From Saccostrea echinata (lineage: Eukaryota): a stretch of DNA of 64,000 bases. Location: assembly GCF_033153115.1 (NCBI RefSeq), contig NW_026889806.1, positions 558,001 to 622,000 of the forward strand, written 5' to 3'. This document shows positions 49,690 through 60,312 of the stretch, one piece after another; position 1 is the first letter of the stretch, and each line of letters begins with the position of its first letter. The position numbers were made by a program, and so were the translations under genes. Under the pieces are notes generated by a model that was given only the letters and a program-made list of their open reading frames with translations, ran no database searches and was not told the DNA's origin.

Positions 49690-49994
49690 AAGATTGTGAA
49701 GTAAAAGAGTAATTTATTTGCTTAATGAGCCAGAGGCTATCATTTTTAATATACATGTATACTGCATGCAAGTTTGTTTTGCATCAATTTAATTTTCATG
49801 TTTAGAAGTACAAAACTTTGATTATAATAAAACATGGTACAAGTTTAGAAAACATTAGGATATATATAGTTTTGTAAATGTTAAACTAAAAAAAGTGTTT
49901 CAATTCCAGGTTAATTTTTAATACAATCAAAGTTACAGTCTCGTCAGAGACTTCTGGATTCATCCAGAAACAATAAATGGCTTAACACTTTAAA

Positions 49995-51549
49995 TTTTTA
50001 TGCCCCCGGATCGAAAGATCCCGGGGGTGTATTGTTTTTGTCCTGTCTGTCTGTTTGTCTGTGTGTCTGTCTGTCTGTTGTCAACTTTAACCTTGCGCAT
50101 TACTTTTGATTGGTTGGAGCTATGACTTTCATATTTCACATGTGTATTCCTTGTGACAAGACCTTTCTTTGGGTACCATCATATTTGACCTTGACCTTGG
50201 AGTTTGACCCACTTTTGCAAAATTTTATGAGACTTTAACCTTGGCCATAACTTCTGAACAGTTGGTGCTTGGGGTTTCAAACTTCACATGTGTATTCTTT
50301 GTGACAAGGCCTTTCTTTGGATACCAACAACTTTGACCTTTTGACTTTGACCTTGGAGTTTGACCTACTTTTGAAAAACTTTAACCTTTGCCATAAGTTT
50401 TGAACAGTTGGTGCTTAGGGTTTCATACTTCACATGTGTATTCCTTGTGACAAAACTTTCCTCTGGATATCAATCTCTTTGACCCTTTGACCTTGACTAG
50501 GAATTTGACCTACTTTTGAAAAACTTTAACCTTGGCCATAACTTTTGAACGGTTAGAGCTAGGGCTTTCATACCTTACATATGTAATCCTTGTGACAATA
50601 CCTTCCTTTGGATACCAACCATTTGACCCTTTGACCTTGACCTAGGAGTTTGACCTACTTTTGAAAAACTTTAACCTTGGCCATAACTTTTGAACGGTTA
50701 GAGCTAGGGCTTTCATACTTCACATATGTAATCCTTGTGACAAGACCTTCCTTTGAATACCAACCACTTTGACCCTTTGACCTTGACCAAGGAGTTTGAC
50801 CTACTTTTGAAAAACTTTAACTTTGGCCATAATTTTTGAATGATTGGTGCTAGGGCTTTCATACTTCACATATGTAATCCTTGTGACAAGACCTTCCTTT
50901 GGATACCAACCACTTTGACCCTTTGACCTTGACATAGGAGTTTGACCTACTTTCGAAAAACTTTAACCTTGGCCATAACTTTTGAATGGTTGATGCTAGG
51001 GCTTTCATACTTCACATATGTAATCCTTGTGACAAGACCTTCCTTTGAATACCAACCACTTTGACCCTTTGACATTGACCTAGGAGTTTGACCTACTTTT
51101 GAAAAACTTTAACTTTGGCCATAATTTTTGAATGATTGGTGCTAGGGCTTTCATACTTCACATATGTAATCCTTGTGACAAGACCTTCCTTTGGATACCA
51201 ACCACTTTGACCCTTTGACCTTGACCTAGGAGTTTGACCTACTTTTGAAAAACTTTAACCTTGGCCATAACTTTTGAATGGTTGCAGCTAAGGCTTTCAT
51301 ACTTAACATATGTAATCCTTGTGACAAGACCTTCCTTTGGATACCAACAACTTTGACCTTGACCTTGATGTTTTACTTACTTTTAAAAAACTTTAACCTT
51401 CGCCATAACTTTTGAACAGTTGCAGCTAGGGCTTTCAAATTTAACATTTTTTATCTTTTGGCCTGGATTTTGACTTGCATTTGAGAAACTTTAACCTTTG
51501 CCATAAGCTGCCATACGGGGGCATCGGTGTTTCACAAACACTTCTTGTT
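49995..51549 (+). mobile_element. HINE/pearl-like element with (gtct)n microsatellite and ~10 x 146-bp tandem array
   Basis: subTIR atgcccccg (50000) / cgggggcat (~51516). 5' hairpin, (tgtc)n, units ctttaaccttggccataacttttgaa...tttgacctacttttgaaaaa, 3' hairpin gtgttt-cac-aaacac, and end cttgtt. Confidence 0.88.
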
Positions 51550-54500
51550 AAAATTTGTTTTTAGATTTGATCGTGGGTATTAATTGATGTCTTTTTTTAC
51601 ACAGATGTGTACTTTATATATTCCTGCACAAGAATGATCAACTGATAGTATGGAAACATACCATAAATATTTGGAATCTGTATATTCATTTTTACTTTAA
51701 TCTTATGTCAACAATTTCCTCTGATTGTTTTTGTTACAAGATCTGCACACAACAGCTTTTAATGTAACTGAAAATTATTTTTGTTTATTTACATATCTTT
51801 AAGAAATTACTTTAGAATAGGAATAAGTGAAAAGGCAATTCCTTTGTGAAAAAAGTGGGATAAATCTTTTATTAATTAGTATGTGCCTGTTCCTATACAA
51901 ATCATCACCATTAAGGCAGTAAAACTTGCAGTAGTTGTTCTTCTTTATATATTTATTAAGAGAAAATGATGCACCTTCTAAGAGACTCATACTTTGCCTA
52001 AATTATTTCCATTTAGAAACTCAGTAGTGCTTTCAGATATAGAGCATGAAAGTGTGCAAAGCTCACAACACTTGTCCTACATTATGATGTTTATTTATGG
52101 AATGATTTGATTTGAAGCCAAAGATGCTTTAGATGCATGGGAGGTCTAAAAACATTTTTAAACATCTTGAACCAAAGTTAACATTGATGAATGGTTCTCA
52201 CACCATCCCCTCCTTATTATGTTTTTGTCATTTAAACAGAATGCAATGTGCAATAAATATACAAAATACAAATATGTTTGACCAAAAATTGCTATGAATG
52301 CTAGGCATAACTCTTTCCACTGTGTTATGTTGTAAGTAGGGACATGTTACCCTGAAGGTTAGGTGCTTTTATAGATCATGACTACAATTAATCATTTTGT
52401 TTTGTGTTTGTGCAATTTTTTGTTTAACCCTCTTCTGATCTCATCATTGTTTTATCAAATATTTCACAATTATTGCGATATCTTTTCCAAATAGTTTTAA
52501 CAGTTTTTTTTTTTTTTGTTACATGGAGAATATTCAACGTGCTCTTATCCACCAGATAAATATAAATTGGTTTGATATTCTAGTATTCTTTGGATGCTAG
52601 GATTAAAATTGAGCATCTAAATCAACCATGAAGTGCCTCAATAGTGTACACTAAATACTCATCAGTTACCTCAGATCTAACTAAAGTTAATTTACAATTA
52701 CTAGATTACCTCCATCTTTGCTAGCCAAGGTTTTTTCCTCTATTGAATAGAGAATTGGCTACATAGTAAAGATGGTTTATGTCTAAATACATGTTACTTT
52801 TCACATGAAAAATTGAACTTTGAAAATGATATGGATTAAGTAGAATATTATATAGTTTACATTTGTTCTGTTGATATATAGAGGCAGTTAATAGTACATA
52901 ATTATAATAATTTTATCAACATATCAGTGCTGGTTGTTATACCTTTGCCAATATTTTTTTTTTTTTTTGCCGAGTCCCCTATTAGAAATTTTTTTTTTCA
53001 TTTGTTTCAAATCATTTTTTATGATGGTTATGGTTATATATATAAAGCTGTTTGAAGTGACCACATTCAAAATTTCCCTTGATAGGAAGGTTAATACATG
53101 TTTGTTTTGTACATATTTTCTCCATAGAACTTGAATCCTAATGTGTAACATATTGGTTTATTTTGAGATAACTTTGTTACTGTAAATCACATTTTTATTC
53201 GTGAGAATTCTATTTTCACATTACTACTTGAAATGGTCTGCTCGCGAAAATTTCATTCTCGCGTAAATTTTTGTTAGTATAGATTTTAAACAACAATACC
53301 CAGAATTTGTGAAAATTTTGTCTCGTTTATAAATACAAAATATATTTCTCGGGAAAATAAGGTGTCACAAAAATTTGGTAATCTACAGTAATTAATTTGA
53401 TAAATATTTACTCATGCCTTTTTCTCATTAAAAATTTCTTCACAACTTTGTAAAAAATTATCAGTGTTTTTCCTCTTGATTTTTTTAAACATCTAATCTT
53501 GGTATTTTTATGATCATGCTCACATTGTTTCAGGAAGTCTTTCATATTCAAGATTTACTTCAAGCACTTGCTAGTAGAATATTCCTCTCCTAATAATGTA
53601 CTGTACTGTCTCCAAAAAAGTAATTTATCTGCATGTTCTTACACTTTGTTGATCGAGTCTTAGTGTGTCAATCCAGAGTGTATAATTGCTGTTTAAAAAT
53701 GTTTTCTCTTATTTTGTTTTATGAAATAGATTATTGAAATAAAGATTACAAAGAATTAAAATCCATTCTCTTGTTGCATTTGTATCTGGAATCTCAGGCT
53801 AAAATTGAAATTCCAAAAGTTTATTACATATAAATGCAGTGTATGAATACATGGACAATCAAATTTTCCCATCCCAAAAATATAAGAAAAAATGAGAGTG
53901 TGAAGCACAAAGATAACAAGAGTTTTGGGCCACATCACTCACTGAGCACTTTGGTAAGAGAAAAGAAAAAAGCATTCAGTACCGAAAAGTTGGTCCCACC
54001 ATACCCTATCCCTTTTGGGGGGGGGGGGGGGGGGGGGGGGTCATTTGAACACCTTGCTTCCATATTAATTTGCCTATCATGACTGATGAATAAAAATGAG
54101 ACAAAAATACCTCATACTAGTATATGTAAATTAAATATTATTCAAAGATTAGTGGAGGCCTACATGGTGTGTGTGTGTGTGAATAATATGTTAATCAAGG
54201 TTACCATTAAGGCCCTTGAGCCTCTTGTTTGTTAAAGGCAATGATAGGATGTTGTGACCCATTTCAGAAATCACTTGTTTTCTGTAGGAATCCTAAATGA
54301 TACTCGTTGAAGTAATTTTCTCAGAACTTATTTAAAAATCACCCCTGGCTGATAATGCTACATCAGGAAGGGGTAATGCAACAGACCAGGCCAAGATCTG
54401 AACTTGTCCTGTATTGTCAAGTGATAAACGTTTCAATAAATAGTACAACACACTTATAACAAAGTGCCAGGGAAGGACAATTTTGCTTCAATATACAATA

Positions 54501-55067
54501 AAGTTTACAATATTTTTTAAAATCAAGGGGAATTAAAATCACTTTGCTTTAATCTTAAATTCATTATAAGCATATTTGCTATAAAGCCTGTTTTACTGTA
54601 TTTCACATAAACAATAACTAGAAGTAACTTACACAGTTTTGGAATTCCTCTGATTCTGTATACTTTATAAATCAGAGTTGTCCTCCCTTAATTTACACAT
54701 TAGATAGAAATTTGTTCAATACTCAGATGTATGAATAAAGTTCACAAACAAATTTATGTATGTGTAAAATATACCATTTACATGTATTAAAGCTCATCAG
54801 TATCATAAAAGAACAATATTTATGACCAATATAGCAAAATTCTAATGAAATGTACAATAGTCTTTCCTACATTTAATGAGAAGATAACAATGAAATCACA
54901 ATATCCAAGTATTCACATATGTTGTATATAAAGAATCCATGGCACTGATATGCTCCATTATTCATGGTAAACAAAATTCATTCATATGTTGTCAATAAAT
55001 TGCTCAACATGAACTGATTAATACCACTGTCTATACAGGAAAATAGAATTAAAAATAATCCAATCAA

Positions 55068-56802
55068 TCAACCAGCATCATCTCCAGAGTCACGTTCATC
55101 TAACATGTCTGTGTCTAGTTCATCATCATTAGTATCACTTTCATCATCATCATCTCCTTCATCATCGTCCTCATCTTCATCATCATCTTCTAGATGCTGT
55201 AAACAGTCAAAAATAGGAAACAGTTTTCTGAAATTTATTCCTTTATATACTTCAATATCTGCGTAGTTATTTTTGCAAAATTCAAACAAAGAGTCTTAGG
55301 CCAATTTTCAAGTGATATTTAACAGTCTCTAGACAGACCTCAAAATTGAAGTGAATGCCGAAAAACTGAGCTCCATCATTTTTACCCCATTCCTGCAACA
55401 AATGTGACTTTTTTTTGTCTTCATGACAACAAGATTGTATTTAAATTTTAAAAAGAAAATGCATATTTTCTACCACATAGCACAAAACGTTAGTAAATTA
55501 AATGACTTCCAGTGACTCCATTTCAGGAGCTTGTCTAGACTGTTTAAAGGTCTTTCCGTAAAATTCAGTCTACTAGTGCAACAATTTTGCTGCATAGGTT
55601 TTGCATAGAAAGGACAAGTTACTACAGTTACTGAAAGCAGAGACATAAAAAATTATGTCTCTGCTGAAAGAAAACAAATGCCTGGTGAATAGTATAGAAA
55701 GGTATAGTATATATAGTACATGAAATTGTATAATTGTGATTGGAAGAATTTGCCACAAAGTTAATATGTACTAATTAAGGCTAAAAAAAATAATAGTCAT
55801 GTTTCCTGCAACCCGACCAACCCTATTTTTTGCACCCGACCCTAATTTTTTTTTTAGCTTTGGAAAAAAAATCGGGAATGTCATTGTTTTGTCACCATAA
55901 TCGGTTTCCGTGTTAACACAAAACAAAGTGGCAGCGGCCATAGATGAATTTCACATTCTTAAGAGTTATCTCCCGTTGCCGGCGTAACGCTCATTTTTCT
56001 CACTTTAACCCTTGTAACTTACCTGTAAATATTTTCAACCTTCAAACGCTATCTGACAATTTTGATTCATTCCTGTATTGCCATAGTATGGGGCAACATA
56101 AAAAACATAATGAACATATTCAAGCAGATTTAATTTATAAAACATTGCCCCGTAAAGTTGGTAATGTTACAAAGGGAAAACAGTGTCTTACGCCGGTTGA
56201 CCCCAGATTGACCCCACAAAGGGAAATAACTTTTGTAAATGTGAAAGTTGTCTATTGGCAGAAGTCAAGTGCTGTTGTTCATATTTAATATTTTAACTAG
56301 GCCAGCATACAAAGCAGGTGAACAAAGGTTATGTCTTGATTTGTATCTTTTTAATGTTTAATTTGATCTTGTATTAGTTCATATCCAAAAAATGCCATTG
56401 GAAAAAATAAAATAATTTTCCGACCTTCCTACCCTATTTTTTTTTCAGGCTGGTAGCAGGAAACAAGACTTTTTTTTTTTTTTTGGCATAATCATGTTAA
56501 TACCTCTGATGCAGTTTTCCCTACTGGAACTATATTGTTGTCTTTCTTGGCTATGCTCTCAAGCTAAAAAAAAAAAGAAAGAAATTATAAATTATTCAAT
56601 CCTTATCTAGCATGTCTAGAAAGCGAAGAAATCTCCATTACTTTGAAGTCAGATTATTACAGTAGCCAGGTAAAGTACATACCCAAAGGTCGTGTCCTTT
56701 CTCAAGTTGTTCCAATTCATTTTCATCATCACAAGGACGGTCCACTGTAAACCACAGAGGATCTATAGCACCGGGAACAAGACTGGGGAAGCGAAACGTC
56801 AT
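55068..56802 (-). CDS. ANAPC15: Anaphase-promoting complex subunit 15, 102 aa, 3 coding exons
   Basis: Exons 56802-56683, 56563-56504 and 55196-55068 (309 nt, phase 0). MTFRFPSLVP..DPLWFTVDRPCDDENELEQLE..HDLW|LESIAKKDNNIVPVGKTASE|HLEDDDEDEDDD matches APC15 with its acidic tail. Confidence 0.93.
55779..56488. mobile_element. TAA-flanked MITE (Harbinger-like) in ANAPC15 intron 2
   Basis: taa|ggctaaaaaaaa..agtcatgtttcctgc.acc ... ggtagcaggaaacaagacttttt..ggca|taa. The motif ccgacc..ccctattttt occurs at both ends. Confidence 0.7.
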
Positions 56803-57332
56803 AACAATATTGACTTCTTTGCCTTTCAAAGGCCCTTCTTTCTTTTTTCAAACAGAGGTGCAACTGGAAATTACAAATCGGTTCGTAATAGATAAAACCA
56901 CAACAGTAACATTTGCAATTCCGCATTTCTGAAATCTCTAAAGTTCGCCTTTTACATGATTTATGCCGGTGATTCTGATATTTTTTAATTAAAGCAAATA
57001 TATATTATAATTTAATATTTTAGAAGCAGATGTAGGACACCTCCCTTCCAAGTTTCCGGAAACTTTATATATCGGTACGTTTTGCCACGGGCATTAGAAA
57101 TATATGATATATAATCATAATGTATACATGTATAGAAAAAGGGTATAACATACAGTTAGTTAAGTCATATAAAGCAAAACAAAAATATAAATATGTAATA
57201 TTATTTATTATAAATATGTTATACATATGTCCGACTCGTAAAAGAAAACAATCATGCAATATTAACTGAAAAAGATCATTCGAAATACTTTTTTTTTTTT
57301 TTTTTAGAAAAACAATAGGACATACATTTTGG

Positions 57333-57435
57333 GGGTGTATTTACTATTCTTACCTATACAAAAGGGGGATGAACTGAAGTTACCGGGTGTATTTACTATT
57401 CTTACCTATACAAAAGGGGGATGAACTGAAGTTAC
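57333..57435. repeat. ~52-bp tandem duplication
   Basis: gggtgtatttactattcttacctatacaaaagggggatgaactgaagttacc occurs twice. Confidence 0.9.
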
Positions 57436-58013
57436 CCCCCCCCCCCACCTCCCCTAAGTAAAATGTAAAAAAAAAAAAAAAAATGTTTGCTATACTTTTG
57501 ATTCATTGAGCAGTGTTGAGCCTGGGGAATGCACTTGTTCTAATAAAATGAAAACTCCACACAACTGGAAAATTTAGTAGTAAAAGTAGTAATTCTTAGA
57601 GCCCCCCCCTCTCCTTACCAAAAAAAAATAATAAATAATAATGCGGACTTTGGGGATAGTGGTTATCCATTCGTTACATGTAGCTATATAGATTTATTTA
57701 TATTTTATCGTAGTTCTTGTTAATTTGGTCAAACGACCCGCTAGTCTTCTAGAATCCAGTAATTAATATAACAGAATAATATCAGTTGGAGCATTGCAAA
57801 GCCAGTAAATGCTTTTTTCCCCTTTATGAAATAATCATCAACAATGTACAACAAACATGTACGTAAGAGAGCTCTAAAACATTGTGTTAAAACCAGAAGA
57901 CTCTGATGAGACTGTAGCTCTACTGGTTTTGTAGAGGAAAGTAGCAGTTGGACTTGAAACTATAGCAACAACAATAAATAGAATAATGATCCTTTGTTAA
58001 GTCCCATTTGTGG

Positions 58014-58140
58014 TGTAACAGCTAGGAAAGGAGAAAATGTATGGCTGGACCGGGAATCAAACCCAGGACTCCTGCATCACTAGTCAGGCGATCTACTAAC
58101 TGAGCTACCCAGGCCGATATCCACGGCCCTAACCATTACA
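58014..58140 (-). mobile_element. Solo LTR with tRNA-like core (different TRIM subfamily)
   Basis: 127 bp, TGTAATGG...TGTTACA on the minus strand. A box tagctcagttagtaga, stem cctga-ctagtgat-gcagg, B box ggtttgattccc. Confidence 0.7.
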
Positions 58141-58922
58141 TTGCGCGGGTGGCAAGTTTAATTATTATTCGGCAAAAAGGAACCTTATGAAAGAATTTCA
58201 CAAAAATGTATCGTTTTAATAACCATAGCAACACCGTTTGTTAAAAAAAAAGGTAAATCAGGGTATTTTCGACCACTTTTGCTAAAGTATGGCTGTGAAT
58301 CCCCATAACATGGCCGTTTTTTAAAAATGTTTTTGCTTGAAATAGATTCAGAGTAGTTAAGGTTACCTAAGTGAAGTCTACTTGTGTACTAATATATGGA
58401 ATGTCTTATCGAAATTTGACCAAAATAGTAAGAAAAGTAGCATTTTGAAAGAAATCCATACATTTTTTTTTCTATTTTTAGTAACTATGGCAACATTCAT
58501 CGAAATAAAAAAAAACAGAGTCATGTGTCTGAGTATGGTACATGTATATATATAAGTATACTGAGTAAAAAGTTTTATTGGAATCAGTCTGGATCAAAAC
58601 TGCAGGAAAAGTAGCATTTTGAAATAATTTCACAGAAATTTGTTGTTGTTTTTTTTTTGTAACCAATTTGGCAACAACGCTCATCAAAAACCGATAAAGA
58701 GTTATGTATCTTACTTATGTAGTCTACTTGCATATCCAGTTATATCTAAAAATAAAAATCCAAAATAGAAATTTCTCTGAAATTCTTTCAAAACCCTACT
58801 CCTTCTACAGTTTTTGTTCATTTGCAATTAAACTTGACACAGAAAGATACTAAACCAAAGATTATTATTTTATTTGTTGCTGTCGCCAAAGTTTCAAGTC
58901 CAAAAAGTACCTTTCTCTACCT

Positions 58923-59261
58923 TGTGATGGACCAGACTGGGTGTCGACCCCGGGTCCCCTGAATCTCCAGTCAGGTACTCTACCAACTGAGCTATCTGGC
59001 CACCGGCGATCGAACCCGTAAGACCACCACATTCTTCCCTCCTTAAAGGTCTTCGGCCCCCGAAGACACCAACCGGGCTCTTCCCTGGCAGGTCTTTCAC
59101 CTGTCACTCCAGGGCATGGCACAGCACCAAATGTAACGGGAGAGGAGAAAGATGCGACGGACCAGACCAGGATTTGAACCCAGGCTCCCTGAATTTCCAG
59201 TCAGGTGCTCTACCAACTGAGCTATCTGGCCACCAGCAATCAAACCCATCTGACCACCACA
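58923..59261 (-). mobile_element. TRIM (miniature LTR retrotransposon) with tRNA-derived LTRs, Helenus-type
   Basis: 5' LTR 59261-59132 (TG...CA, 130 bp). PBS TGGTGCTGTGCC at 59129-59118. 100-bp internal region. PPT AAGGAGGGAAGAA at 59044-59032. 3' LTR 59031-58923, truncated by ~21 bp. Each LTR holds a tRNA cloverleaf. Confidence 0.85.
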
Positions 59262-59387
59262 CCAGTAAAGCTACAGTCTTGTAAGAGACTTCTGGTTTGT
59301 TGTATACCAGGAAACGAAATTCCATTTATAGCTTTAAAGATATTTGAAGAAACATACAAACATGGAAAGTCATAAAATTGACAAAAT

Positions 59388-59583
59388 NNNNNNNNNNNNN
59401 NNNNNNNNNNNNNNNNNNNNNNNNNNNNNNNNNNNNNNNNNNNNNNNNNNNNNNNNNNNNNNNNNNNNNNNNNNNNNNNNNNNNNNNNNNNNNNNNNNNN
59501 NNNNNNNNNNNNNNNNNNNNNNNNNNNNNNNNNNNNNNNNNNNNNNNNNNNNNNNNNNNNNNNNNNNNNNNNNNNNNNNNNNN
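59388..59583. other. Assembly gap (196 N)
   Basis: Run of N. Confidence 1.
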
Positions 59584-59928
59584 TGTAATTTATTTACTGA
59601 ATAAAAGTGATATTCTGACACAGTGTGAGAATATCAGAAGTGCGGCAAAACTTAAAATTTTCCATCCCTTCACGAGGTGTGTTTTTAAGAAAAAATCCCT
59701 GGTCTGCTATAAGATAGAGTTAATAAGCCATCCTGACAGAGACTAATAGCTATACTGTCAAAGTTTTTCCAAATATGTCGTTAAAAATCCATGTTTACAA
59801 CATTTTTCAATCTCACAATCACTTTGCTATGACGTCTCAACCGCTCAACTATGACGTCACAGCCTATGACACTGTGTTACGAAAAGACAGAGGCAAAGGG
59901 AAAATCTAAGAAAATGTAATAAACAGAA

Positions 59929-60084
59929 AATTCAATGTTTTGTAGATGAATATGGAATTTTTTTTTACTCGTGAGACAGGATTTTTTGATATTTTCACTC
60001 ATGCTTCACACTCATGAAAATATCAAAAAATCATGTCCCACTTGTGAAATAAATTCCATATTCATCTACAAAACATTGAATATC
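59929..60084. repeat. Long terminal hairpin of an interspersed element (~72-bp arms)
   Basis: attcaatgtttt.gtagatgaatatggaattt...ttttttgatattttca-ctcatgcttcacactca-tgaaaatatcaaaaaa...aaattccatattcatctacaaaacattgaat. Confidence 0.85.
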
Positions 60085-60102
60085 CTATATATATATACAC
60101 AC

Positions 60103-60281
60103 ACAGTGAAACTTGTCTAATCCGGATGTTGTGTAATCTGAAATCTTGCCTATTACAATGTTAATTTTTAGTCCCATTCACTAAATTCAATTGTTCGAGA
60201 TGTTGTCTAATTCAGAATGTTCTATAAACCGGTCTAATTCTATGCAACCAGTGGTGTACAGATTAGACAAGTTTTACAGTA
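60103..60281. mobile_element. CAGT-ended MITE just 3' of the INTS10 stop
   Basis: TIR cagtgaaacttgtctaatc / gattagacaagttttacag. Confidence 0.6.
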
Positions 60282-60312
60282 TATTCATTGAAAGAAAAGA
60301 CAGAAGAAATTT

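Noticed and set aside
50080-51500. CRISPR or coding repeat in the 146-bp array
   Set aside because: Whole monomers repeat with no spacers or ORF, and the array is bounded by HINE termini.
58149-58840. Possible MITE bounded by gtggcaagtttaatt / aattaaacttgacac
   Set aside because: Only a 15-bp imperfect inverted match with no TSD identified, which is too weak to list as a feature.
59159-59231. Functional tRNA gene (also the copies near 58930-59001 and 58045-58114)
   Set aside because: The anticodon loop is 8 nt and differs between copies, and the cloverleafs sit inside TG..CA LTRs with PBS and PPT. They are element-borne tRNA-like sequences.
59344-59746. ORFs containing X runs
   Set aside because: They are artefacts of the N gap.
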